Below are positions 41,111-50,944 of a stretch of DNA of 64,000 bases, one piece after another. A program made the translations under genes and the position numbers. The notes under the pieces were generated by a model. It was given only the letters and a program-made list of their open reading frames with translations, was not told where the DNA came from and ran no database searches. The stretch's first letter is position 1; each line of letters begins with the position of its first letter. This DNA is from Nitrosopumilus sp. GTDB lineage: Archaea; Thermoproteota; Nitrososphaeria; Nitrososphaerales; Nitrosopumilaceae. Location of the stretch: positions 608,001 through 672,000 of the forward strand of contig OZ245003.1 in NCBI GenBank assembly GCA_965223425.1. Reading direction: 5' to 3'.

Positions 41111-42194
41111 GGGGGTTGTTGCCAAATTCACCCCCATGATCTAATTTTGTGATTTTTCACGCATATTGATCAGGGAGGATGTGAGTTCTCTAATGAGTGA
41201 TCATAAGAGACGTGATCAGTGCTGGAAGTACTATCACGATGCCCACACCCGAGAACCGGATTTTCTCACGTCCCACATAGTTTCTTTGATTGTGAAAAAT
41301 CCGTGTCCTGTCCGGGACAGACAGTCCGGTCCTGGACGCAACCGGGTTCACAGCAGGAGCAAGCTGGCATGCATCTGCATACTCACGGTGTGTCTCAACC
41401 ATACATACCGGGACATGGAGAACCTTGTATCCAAGCTTAAACTGCCGTGGGACGAACCCGTACCTGATCACACTACTGTCTCCAAGTTCATGCAAAAGAT
41501 TCCTGCTGCGTGGCTTGAGGACACGGTTGCCGTCACGGCAGCATCGTGCCTTGCAGGATTTGACGTCTCTGATCTCGCGCCGGCATCAGACAGACGGCAG
41601 CGGCGTTGCCACTGACAGGCATGAAAGAGTGCAAAAAAAGGCCAAAAACAGGCACAACAGGAGGCAAGGCGTCAAAGGAAGTATCTGAAATGGCACGCGG
41701 CCTCGGTACTGGGCCTGCAGGTCATACTCTCCTGCCGCATCACATCCAACAGGATGGCAGACACTGCAGTTTTGCCTCGCTGCTAAGGAAGATCAAAAAG
41801 ACAGGCATTGCCTTTGCAGGCAGGTTCAACGCAGACAGGGGGGGGGGGTATGATTCTGATAGGAACTGCAGGCCTGTCTTTGGTGCCGGCATGACCCCGA
41901 ACACAAAGCAGGGGGGCAATGCCGTGAACAGAACAAAAAAGTTCAGGAAAAAGGCCGCAGGGCTGTTTGACGGGGAGGTCTACAAAAAACGAGACTGACA
42001 GAGGGAATATTTGGAGCAGAGGAGACAGAGGGCCACCGGCTGCTGTGCAGGTTCAGAAAGACATCCACAAGAAGGCGGTTTGGACTGTGCAAGACAATAG
42101 GATGGAACCTTGAGGTGTTAAACCGTTTGGAGTGCGCCGCAAGGCGAAATATTCAGGCGGTGGCAGCTTAGATGTGAATTTGGCAACAACCCCC
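41111..42194 (+). mobile_element. IS5-family element, frameshifted
   Basis: 21-bp perfect TIR GGGGGTTGTTGCCAAATTCAC; VPDHTT, ADRGGGYDS motifs; no TSD. Confidence 0.9.
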
Positions 42195-42851
42195 TTCCCG
42201 GTCTTGGCAAGCGGCTCGGCTGCTGCCTGATCCGGCAGATCCCGCAGTACCGGCGAGTCGCCGGTTCTGCCGTCTGTGACTACGGCAGCCAGCATCGTGC
42301 CGGTGTCCGCATCTGCCGGCAGGTGCATCTTGACATATCCCCTGCGCACCACCGCCTTCCACTTGTCGCGTATCCGTTCTCCGCGGTTCCACTGTCTGAG
42401 TCCGGTGGCATCGGCCACCGGGGTTACGTGCCGGGATGCATCATGAACGTATATGGCGTTGCCGTGAATGCTAATGTCAAATTTCTCCATTCTTCTGCAC
42501 AGCGTGGTATGGTGCGGCGAGTCGCGTCCCTCAACATCATACCTGCCATCCCGGACTGCTGCCTGAATGGAGCGCCGAGGGCGGTTCTCAGTGCGGCTGT
42601 CATGTGATCATGGTGTCTGCATACTGGAACTGGGCCCCCTCCTCCTTGCCGCAGTTGGCCTGCCTTGCCTCGCAGCTCCAGTCGGGGTTGTACTGCACCA
42701 CCAGCTCTGCACCCCGCCGGACGTACCTTGCATTGTCGGTCAACACTTTGAGCATGCTGTCATGATCTAAAGCTTTTTCGGTCAGAAACATGTGTGTTTG
42801 TTGGTCAGTTTAAACTGCGTGGTAGATTTTAGGCGTGTTATGCAACAAGCT
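42195..42851 (-). mobile_element. Truncated IS5-family (IS903/ISH1-like) element
   Basis: DATGL...RRGYVKMH..D motif; GCTTGTTGCATAA end near 42850. Confidence 0.75.
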
Positions 42852-42852
42852 A

Positions 42853-43054
42853 GTGGAGCCGACTAACAACGCGTCGGAGAGGGCGCTGCGCTATCTGGCG
42901 GTGTTCCGGAAGATAAGCGGGCAGACCAAGGGCGGCAGCAAGTCCATGAAGCGCCTTGGAGATTTTGTAAGCTGCGTCCTGACGTGGCAGAATCACGGCA
43001 AGAGCGTGGTGCAAGAGGTTTCCCGACTGATATAAGGGGCAGGTGGAACCATAC
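42853..43054 (+). mobile_element. IS66 3'-end remnant
   Basis: Near-identical to about 32779-32980 including right end. Confidence 0.92.
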
Positions 43055-43100
43055 AGCCATTCAAACCAAAGACTATAATAGTTATTTTGACCTATATTAT

Positions 43101-43158
43101 GTGATTCCGCTTTGAAAGATAGGCTATGGGCGTCTGTAAGGACAGCCCAAGGAATCAC
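43101..43158 (+). ncRNA. Candidate DUF3800-associated structured RNA (3-way junction)
   Basis: GUGAUUCC/GGAAUCAC closing stem, UGGGC-GUC/GAC-A-GCCCA hairpin, GAAA-loop hairpin; TATA-like CTATAATA at 43073-43080. Confidence 0.65.
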
Positions 43159-43161
43159 CGA

Positions 43162-43923
43162 TTATAATACAACAAAACCTCGCTTGTTCCAGTCGCCATA
43201 TGGCAAATAATATCTGTCCTTGATCTCCTGCCACCGCGACTCTTTTCTGTTGCTTGTTACCATCTTGATATGTGGTGCATATACAAAAAAATCCGAAATC
43301 TGTAATGTTTTTTCCTTAGTTGGCTCGCCGTTGATTATACTGCCTTTAATTCTGTCCAGATTGGAAAAATATGGAAATGCGGTAATACTTCGTAATTTTT
43401 GCATCTCTCTGTACATTTTTCGCTGTAATCGTGTGGTCAGTTTTTCATAGATTACTATCCCATCATCATGTACTTCTTCAAGAAAATATTGGAAACGCTC
43501 CATACAAATCAGCAGTGTATAGGCCCGCATATCGATTGGCTGAGTATATTTGGCTATATGGCTGGGCTTGTGAATTGAGGCAGATACAAGTTTGCAATCA
43601 ATGGAATTAATCGAGTCAAATATTCGGCTTGCAATATTTTTACGTATGTCATCGGGCAGCTGATCATAGGGATGTTTTTTTGCCCTTGCGCTGTTGTAGT
43701 GTAATTTAAAGTCAGAAGGCAGTTTTATGCCTCGGTATGTAAAGCAATCCTTGATAATAGAATCAACTACCTGCTCGAATTTTGGTACGTTTGCCTCCTT
43801 TACTATCACTCCACCTGTGGTAAACCAGTTTGAATCAAGATTTTTTTCCTTGTTCTCTGATATGAGATTTTCAACTCCTGATTCATCAATGAACATGTAA
43901 TGCAAACAAGATATCTGTGGCAT
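43162..43923 (-). CDS. DUF3800 domain protein (RNase H-like)
   Basis: MFIDESG, ERFQYFL, IVIYE, LQISDFF. Confidence 0.9.
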   Translation of the reverse strand: MPQISCLHYMFIDESGVENLISENKEKNLDSNWFTTGGVIVKEANVPKFEQVVDSIIKDCFTYRGIKLPSDFKLHYNSARAKKHPYDQLPDDIRKNIASRIFDSINSIDCKLVSASIHKPSHIAKYTQPIDMRAYTLLICMERFQYFLEEVHDDGIVIYEKLTTRLQRKMYREMQKLRSITAFPYFSNLDRIKGSIINGEPTKEKTLQISDFFVYAPHIKMVTSNRKESRWQEIKDRYYLPYGDWNKRGFVVL

Positions 43924-44051
43924 CTGTGGTATTAAATTGTGTGTCTACAGTATTTAGAAAAAAAGGTAGGAATATTGTTAGCGTTCCAATCGCTTTCTGC
44001 CGTCATGTGAAAAAGGGATCAGAACCAACTGTGGGCTGTGACACCTTCCGG

Positions 44052-45290
44052 TCAGTAGTTGGGATTGTACATTTTGGATAGCCCAAGCTGATCATTTTGA
44101 GAGCAAAACACGATCAACCAGATCCAAATACAAGGCATGCTCACCCACCTTGACTTGCACAGAAAAGATGGGCAAACACACCAGCAGAACCAAGACATCA
44201 GAGGGCTTAAAATCTTCCAGTCCGCACTGCGGCGCCTGAACCTTGCCTTTGGCACAAGACACAACACGCTGTACGGCCTCGGGGATGCAGCTCACATGCT
44301 TCTTCTGGTCATGGCCAGCTCCAACGGATACGCCAACGGCGCGCGAGATCTCGGCTCTCCCGGCATCCGCATGCCGTCGGGCAGCTGGCTGCTCAAAAAG
44401 CTGCGCATCACAAGGCCGGACAAGATGAACCGCTTTTGTGACCAGATGATACACGATACGGCCAATGCGGCATGCCGCGACATGAGACGACGCGGCGGCA
44501 ACAGTGAAACGACGGCAGCTGCAATAGACAAGCACAGGATTCCGCACCATGACAAAAACCCCGACCTCAGACGCCTCATACAGTCAAAATACGAGTCAGG
44601 AACGTACAGGTTTGAGTCATACATGACATCCAAGATAGTGCAGGGCGGCAAGGAGGCCAACCTGTGCTTCAGTCCGGTTACCCGCGGCATCTTCAACGGC
44701 GAGTTCGTGCGTAAAACCGTCGAAAAATGCTCCAAGCTTCGCCTTGGAATCGGCCTCTGCCTTCTTGACAGGGAGTTTTACGCAACAGACGTGATGCAGG
44801 CCGTCAGATCACTTCACAGGCATTTTATCATGCCGGCAAAAAAGAATGCCGGCATCAAGCGCGCCATTGTACAGCACGCCCAAGGAAGGCGCGGCGATGT
44901 TTCACAGTACACCATGCAGTCAGGCTCCGAGAAGTTCACGTTCAACCTGGTTCTGATCAGGGATGATGCCGGGAAGAAAGACGGCACCAACATGTTTGAT
45001 AGGTACCGCGCATTTGCAACGTCGCTGCCATGCGAGAATGAAGGGGACGTTATCAGATACATCCCAGAACAGTACAAAAGACGGTGGGGGATGGAGGCAG
45101 GCTACAGGTCTGCAAAGAGCATACGCCCGCACACCTCCAGCAGGAACCCCTCCGTACGGATGCTTTTGTTTGTCTTGTCACTGGTGCTCAACAACATCTG
45201 GATAGGCCTGCGTCGCACGGCGGGCAGGCAAAGATATCATGTGACACTTGCCGGTATTTTAAACAGGATGATCCACGCGTTTGTAACATG
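44052..45290 (+). mobile_element. ISH3-type element, transposase 44137-45297, right end lost
   Basis: Same TIR as and high identity to 17709-19017; interrupted by next IS. Confidence 0.9.
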
Positions 45291-46663
45291 TCAGTAGTTC
45301 CCAGATGTAGATTTGTGCCCAGATGTATGCTTGTGCCCAGATGCCGGTGCGTTACCGCATATTGCAATGCAAAGATCTAGATTAGGTTACGGTGTGCAAG
45401 ACGTCATGAGCAATCAAACACACGACGATCCGATCGCACACCAGTACGACATAGCATCAAACCAGTTTAAAATCTTGCGCTCGTCGTTTCAAAAGCTTGG
45501 CATGCCAATGTCTGAGAGGCACAACGCCGTATACGGATGCGGCGACATACTGGACGTGCCAATCAGGGCGTCTGAGAGAAACACGTTTGTAGAATCCCTC
45601 GTACGGCGCAACAGGCTCCAAGACACGGGCGCACGTACGCCTGATGCAGACCTGGTCATGTCTGCAGTCCGTGGCGTCGAACCGGCAGACGTGCAGGACT
45701 GGTGCGCAAAGACATTGGCACGCACGGTGCGGCACGCCGGCCGTGCAGGAATGCTACAGGACATCGACGCCATTGCAATAGGCGTTACGGACATACCATA
45801 CCATGGGGAGCAGCTGCAGGAGCATACAGGAAAGTCGCGTCCAAGGGCAGGAACATCCACGTTTCTCTCGTATGTCGCAGTGCACGGAGTCGGCAGGGAC
45901 TCCTCGCAGGTTGTCCCAGAGTCGAAGCTGCTGCCGGCAAAGGAGAAACTGGCCGATTTTATCGCCAAAACACGCACGAAAATCCTCAGAGGAGGCGCAC
46001 ATTCAAAGACTGTGTTCCTGTACGACCGCGCCTTTTACAGCGCTGACTGCATGACAGAGGCAGGAAAGGGCGGGTGCCGCTACATCATGCCTGTCATCAT
46101 GAACTCCAAGATCAAGAGGATAGTCAAGCTGTACGAGGACGGAAAGGCAAACCAGGTATCGCAGTAGTCAATGACCAACAAGGACGGCGCAACTGTGACC
46201 TACAACCTTGTAATTGTCAAAAGAGACAGGAAGAAGAAAAAGAAGAAAGAGGAGGAGGAGGAGGAAGAGAAGGAGCAATACATTGCATTTGCAACAAACA
46301 TTCCCATCAGGAGTGCCAGAGCCATGACAGACATCATACCGGAGCAGTACCGCAAGAGATGGGGCATCGAGACGGGGTTTCGCGTCATAAAGAAAATCAT
46401 GGGCAGGACATGCAGCAACTCCCTGGCTGTGAGGCTGCTGATGTTTTACCTGCCGCTGCTTCTGTACAACCTGTGGAGGATTGCCAGGTTCTGCCTTGAT
46501 GCAGGAAAGATGTATGGAGGAGTGTCTTCTGCGGGAAAAAAACTTACCATGGCGTTGTTTATCGTGTACATTACAGGCAGGAACGAGCTGTTTGTCAATG
46601 ATCGAGGTAAGTAGAGCCGGTGCCAGTTGCGGTTGCGGTAAATCTACATCTGGGAACTACTGA
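45291..46663 (+). mobile_element. Second ISH3-type element, internal TAG at 46165-46167
   Basis: TIR TCAGTAGTTCCCAGATGTAGATTT; YDRAFYS and YRKRWGIETGFR; poly-K/poly-E tract; 18-bp tandem units at left end. Confidence 0.9.
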
Positions 46664-46808
46664 CATGGCAGTAACCCTTCAACTCTCAGGCCCAACAGCA
46701 ATGATACATCACAGGATATAGAAAAGATTTCGTATAACGTCTGTGAAGTTATCGGGGGTTACATGTCAATTCCTAAAATGTATAAACCTCTAAACCGTAA
46801 GATGTTCG

Positions 46809-48002
46809 TTGAAAGCGATAAAGTCAATATCACAGAAATATGCGCCGAACTCTGACCTAATGGATATGATGGTCACATTCACAAAGATGGTTGATCGTTG
46901 CATCAAGATAGGGTTAAAAGAAGACACACACAATATGAAAAGGTTATCATGTCTATGCTATCACGAATTGAGAGACTATGACATTTTATCGTCATACAAA
47001 CTAAATGCAATATCAAGGGCTGCTGGCATACTGGCAAACAGAAAACAGTCAATAAAACGTGGCATCAAGGTTAGATACCCAAAGATAACAAAGCCGTTTA
47101 TCACTAATTGTTACGGTATAAAACACAACGGTGCACTACTCACAATCCCATACAAGAGTAGAAATCCAATCAACGTCTTGTTAAACCCACACACCCAAAA
47201 AATCCTGTCGAATTCTGCCTTGACAGTACGCTCGTTTTCATTGACTGCCCTCAACATCAGTCTTTGTGTTTCCAAGGAAACTGAAAAGATAGAATGTACA
47301 AAGACAGTAGGAATCGATAGAAATTTGAGGAATGTTACATGTGGCAATGAGGGACAGGTAACATTTTACAAGACAAACAAACTGCTATCCATAAAGGAGA
47401 ACACCATGCACGCCAGAGCCGGATTCCGCAGAAATGATCGCAGAAAGAAAGGCCGATTCTGGAAGATAAAACAGCGAAGAATGGCCAATAGAACAAAACA
47501 ATACATACACAGAATATCAAAAGATATTGTGGATAATGCCGCCAAAGAAAAGGCTGTAATCGTTCTAGAAAACCTAAAAGGAATTAGAAAACTCTACAAA
47601 AAAGGAAATGGTCAAGGCAACAAGTATAGGCGCAGATTAAACGGATGGCAATTCTACGAGTTACAACGCCAAATAGAATACAAAGCCCAATGGGTCGGGC
47701 TCCCACCAGTCGAATATGTAGACCCAAAAAACACGAGCAAGATGTGTCCAAGATGCGGAAAGAAACTCCAAGAGGACATGCAACACAACAGTCGTAAAAT
47801 GTCGTGTAATAATTGCGGTTTGTTTATGGACAGGGATATTATCGCTGCCATGAACATATCACGCAAACTGTCCCCTAGGTTTAGGGATAGTAGAGATGAC
47901 ATAGGTGAAGCGCAGTCCGGTGTTTTTGAACCGGCGATGATGGAACCCTGCATACCAGTAATCCAGATAGTCGATATGTCAAAGTCGAGTTATAGGGGTT
48001 AG
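46809..48002 (+). CDS. tnpB: RNA-guided endonuclease TnpB
   Basis: RuvC-I VGIDRN, RuvC-II VLENL, Zn finger CPRC/CNNC, RuvC-III DRDIIAAMNI. Confidence 0.95.
   Translation: MKAIKSISQKYAPNSDLMDMMVTFTKMVDRCIKIGLKEDTHNMKRLSCLCYHELRDYDILSSYKLNAISRAAGILANRKQSIKRGIKVRYPKITKPFITNCYGIKHNGALLTIPYKSRNPINVLLNPHTQKILSNSALTVRSFSLTALNISLCVSKETEKIECTKTVGIDRNLRNVTCGNEGQVTFYKTNKLLSIKENTMHARAGFRRNDRRKKGRFWKIKQRRMANRTKQYIHRISKDIVDNAAKEKAVIVLENLKGIRKLYKKGNGQGNKYRRRLNGWQFYELQRQIEYKAQWVGLPPVEYVDPKNTSKMCPRCGKKLQEDMQHNSRKMSCNNCGLFMDRDIIAAMNISRKLSPRFRDSRDDIGEAQSGVFEPAMMEPCIPVIQIVDMSKSSYRG
47866..48000 (+). ncRNA. Predicted omegaRNA scaffold plus guide overlapping tnpB 3' end
   Basis: Stems ACUGUCCC/GGGAUAGU, UGACAUA/UAUGUCA, GCAG/CUGC, CCGGU/ACCGG; ends in TCAA at 47982; boundaries approximate. 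Confidence 0.6.
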
Positions 48003-48055
48003 CTCCCGATAACTTTACAGAACCCATTAAATACACTACACAATGCAATCTATTC

Positions 48056-48565
48056 ATGTTTGGAAAAAAGCCTACTTTGAAAGAAGGGGTTCATGTTTTT
48101 TCTACTAAAAAAAATGGAGATTATAATGACTTTATTTTTGGAGTAGTTACAGGTATAGATGATCGAAAAGTGGGAATCAACGGCATAATTGTCAATCCTG
48201 TTGGTCTCAAAAACAAGATAGAACAAGGAAAAACAGGAGAACGCTCATTAGAAATCCTTCAACATCCAACACCTGATAATGTTGTTTTAGCCCTAGTCTA
48301 TAGAATTGAGCATGAAAATTTTGCTGATGTAATTGACCTTGATGAAGACAAATGCGATCTTCTTCCCCCTCAAGTATATACAATGCTGGATGGCTGGATT
48401 CGAGAATCCCTGTCAGAATTTCTTAATACTGTATTATCACTGCCCCCCGGTTCAGAAAGAGATGAGGCAAAACGTGTTTTAAAACACCGAATGGAGACTT
48501 TGGTAGATAAAAACCTGAGAAGAACGCTTTATTCTGTTTGTCGAAGTCTTAAAGTCTTGAATTGA
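48056..48565 (+). CDS. Hypothetical protein (host-like)
   Basis: 169-aa ATG ORF with TATA-like element about 25-30 nt upstream. Confidence 0.75.
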   Translation: MFGKKPTLKEGVHVFSTKKNGDYNDFIFGVVTGIDDRKVGINGIIVNPVGLKNKIEQGKTGERSLEILQHPTPDNVVLALVYRIEHENFADVIDLDEDKCDLLPPQVYTMLDGWIRESLSEFLNTVLSLPPGSERDEAKRVLKHRMETLVDKNLRRTLYSVCRSLKVLN

Positions 48566-49123
48566 ACTTTCAATTTTTGGGCATTATTTCTGGTTCTGTT
48601 CCGTCATCGGCAGTTTTCTTCGTGTTACTTTTTGGTTGCTGATATTTCAAAAATAAAGAATGTTCGTATCATAATGGTGATACGGATTGTACAATATCCA
48701 TACATTGTTTGAGGGCTTCAGTATTTCCTGTTAATTCAGACAAAAAATTGGTTTCAATTTTGTTTGCTGTCCACATAATACCTACAATTATTCCACCGCT
48801 GCCTATAGGCAAATGATGTTTCAAACTATGGATCAGATATTTTCTGAGTTTTTTATTCATAAATTTAATGAAAACCTGTCAATATTTTAGAACCCTTTTA
48901 ACATGTTCTATAGATAGCGCTTAAAATTGTCCGATCAACTATGTTTTTGTTGTTCCTTAGGAATGTAATCTGCATATAACCAAGTGTTTTTTAAGATTGA
49001 AATGACCTTTGAAAAATATGGGACCTCACACCTTACATTATTGGGTTAGACATAAAGACGGATTTTTATTTTGTAGTTATTGTAAGAAAAAAAAAGAAGA
49101 ATCAACTTGAACCATATAGTTGT

Positions 49124-49203
49124 CGTAGTGGTTAGGATGGATAATCAACCATCTTGGATTCTTTTTAGTTGTCATGCACCGTCTTTTCGATCGTTTTGCA
49201 ATC
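49124..49203. repeat. 80-bp perfect direct repeat, copy 1
   Basis: Identical to 50461-50540; extends to 87 bp with one mismatch. Confidence 0.97.
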
Positions 49204-49536
49204 TTAATCACCACGCCCCAAATATGTCGAAAGATCTGAATAAGCATTTTTTCTATGTGAAATAGTATGAACAGTGATTATATTTTTAGGGTTATTCTCT
49301 TTAACTTCATACACTATTCTATAATCAAATTGGTTGATGTGTATAGAACGCATTCCTTTCAAATCTTGCTTTAATTCCTGCCCAAGATTTGGATTTATTT
49401 TCAATTGATCAATACTTTCATTAATTATTTTTAGTAATTTTGGATCGCATCGTTTTGCTAATTTTTTATAAGCTTTTTCACATCTGGGAGATAAAGATAT
49501 ATCACTTTCTACGTTGGAATTTTTATTTTTTTCCAC
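49204..49536 (-). CDS. RelE/ParE-family toxin
   Basis: NPNLGQELKQDLKGMRS...DYRIVYEV...HRKNAY. Confidence 0.9.
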   Translation of the reverse strand: MEKNKNSNVESDISLSPRCEKAYKKLAKRCDPKLLKIINESIDQLKINPNLGQELKQDLKGMRSIHINQFDYRIVYEVKENNPKNIITVHTISHRKNAYSDLSTYLGRGD

Positions 49537-49853
49537 CGTATTGTCCCATCTTTCTTTGTTGCTTTTTGACTTGCCTTAATTTCTTTCATTAGTTCTGAAT
49601 CGTTGAGAATTTCTAAGGTCTCTAAATCATCTGCGTTAACTTCAGGGATTACAATTTTTTTACTTTTAAAAACATCAATATGGATTTTTTCAATGTCTAC
49701 CTTTGGCCGTGCAGAACATGTTGCATCAGCTAACATGAAAAAAACTCCTGCATCATTAATGTTTAAAGTCTTGCGTAAAGTTGAGAAATCGTCTGAAAAA
49801 TTTCTTATTACTTTTTGCTGTGGAAACACTGTTTCTTTAACTTTTAATGACAT
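49509..49853 (-). CDS. Putative antitoxin
   Basis: C-terminal LETLEILNDSELMKEIKAS as in Phd/YefM-type neutralising helix; overlaps toxin start. Confidence 0.7.
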   Translation of the reverse strand: MSLKVKETVFPQQKVIRNFSDDFSTLRKTLNINDAGVFFMLADATCSARPKVDIEKIHIDVFKSKKIVIPEVNADDLETLEILNDSELMKEIKASQKATKKDGTIRWKKIKIPT

Positions 49854-50338
49854 TATACCAAATCCATATTTTTAAGTTCAATCCATGCATCTTCACATTG
49901 TTTTTTTGCAAAGTATTTTTGTTTATTCTTCACTTTACCAATAATATCAGCTTTTGACATATTGGGGTATATTTTTTTTAGAAAATGTATTGAAGCGAGA
50001 ATTTCAAGTCTGTCTGGATCATTCTTTTTATCTTCTATAAAATTAAGAAACCCTTCGAATTTTTTTTGTATACCTTTTTCAAATCTGCCTTTTGGTACCT
50101 TATCATAATTTTCTTGTAGTTGAAAACCTATACTTGCTAAATGAGATGAATAAGGACCACGAAGATACCATGAAAAATCATGTCCAATGTAAATGCCAAA
50201 TGCTTGCATAAGATAGATTGTTTTTTGTAAAGTTAATCTACCATGAAATGTAGACATATCAAAATTATCTATATTTTTCAAAATTAGTCCTAAAGTGAAT
50301 ACTTCTTCATTTATTGGATTTGTGTACAACTTACCCAT
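49853..50338 (-). CDS. YwgA/Panacea(SocA)-like protein
   Basis: RLTLQKTIYL...FSWYLRGPYSSHL, LEILASIHFL; TAATG coupling. Confidence 0.65.
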   Translation of the reverse strand: MGKLYTNPINEEVFTLGLILKNIDNFDMSTFHGRLTLQKTIYLMQAFGIYIGHDFSWYLRGPYSSHLASIGFQLQENYDKVPKGRFEKGIQKKFEGFLNFIEDKKNDPDRLEILASIHFLKKIYPNMSKADIIGKVKNKQKYFAKKQCEDAWIELKNMDLV

Positions 50339-50460
50339 TTTATCTCTGTTTTAAAGTGTAATTTAGTGTTATGTCTAGATTTTTTGAATCCAGAATGAAC
50401 ATTATTTTGGTTATATTTGAAAATAATTCAAATCAGGAACAATTGAACATGCTTTCTATC

Positions 50461-50540
50461 CGTAGTGGTTAGGATGGATAATCAACCATCTTGGATTCTT
50501 TTTAGTTGTCATGCACCGTCTTTTCGATCGTTTTGCAATC
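50461..50540. repeat. 80-bp perfect direct repeat, copy 2
   Basis: Identical to 49124-49203. Confidence 0.97.
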
Positions 50541-50600
50541 CTAATCATTACACCTGTTTCTCCATAGTTTTATATTATGCTCTAAGAAAATTTCGATACA

Positions 50601-50933
50601 ATGGAATATGTATACGCTGCCTTACTTCTTCACAAGCTAGAAAAGGAAGTCAACGAAGCAAACGTCAGCTCAGTTGTTAAAGCATCTGGAGCTGAGGTTA
50701 ACGAGTCTCAAGTTAAAGCACTAGTTGCAGCACTAGCCGATGTTGATATCGATGATGCAGTCAAGGCCGCACCTGTAGCCGCTGCAACAGCAGCAGCAGC
50801 CGCTGCCGCCGCGCCAGCAGCAGATGCAGCAGCAACAGCAGCCGGCGGTGAAGCAAAGAAAGAGAAAAAACCTAAAGACGATGGTAAAACCGAAGAAGCG
50901 GCCATGGAAGGATTGTCTTCTCTATTTGGCTAG
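50601..50933 (+). CDS. rpl12: 50S ribosomal protein L12 (P1/P2)
   Basis: MEYVYAALLLH, Ala hinge, GLSSLFG. Confidence 0.98.
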   Translation: MEYVYAALLLHKLEKEVNEANVSSVVKASGAEVNESQVKALVAALADVDIDDAVKAAPVAAATAAAAAAAAPAADAAATAAGGEAKKEKKPKDDGKTEEAAMEGLSSLFG

Positions 50934-50944
50934 ATAACTTTTCT

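Larger units (their letters stand above)
46740..48025 (+). mobile_element. TIR-bounded unit carrying tnpB
   Basis: TCTGTGAAGTTATCGGGGGTTA (46740-46761) vs reverse complement of 48000-48021, 19/22; right end ACAGAACCC. Confidence 0.75.

Noticed and set aside
46165-46167. In-frame TAG in transposase as recoding
   Set aside because: Position matches a Tyr in the paralogs (SQY); a simple nonsense mutation is more likely, and there are no pyl genes
15137-46663. Many overlapping alternative-frame ORFs within IS elements
   Set aside because: Shadow ORFs caused by high GC and few stop codons
45287-46667. CATG on both sides of the IS as a true TSD
   Set aside because: Sequence to the right does not continue the interrupted ISH3, so the flanks are not one original site
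46790-46800. tnpB promoter as self-target of the predicted guide
   Set aside because: Match needs two gaps and a mismatch; not convincing
48592-48610. GGTTCTGTTCCGTCATCGG as another IS6-like end
   Set aside because: 15/19 match, but no partner end or associated gene; may be chance
50458-50680. ORF 50465-50680 and a 30-codon minus-strand ORF across the 80-bp repeat
   Set aside because: Overlaps rpl12 or lacks recognisable features; the two repeat copies give inconsistent ends
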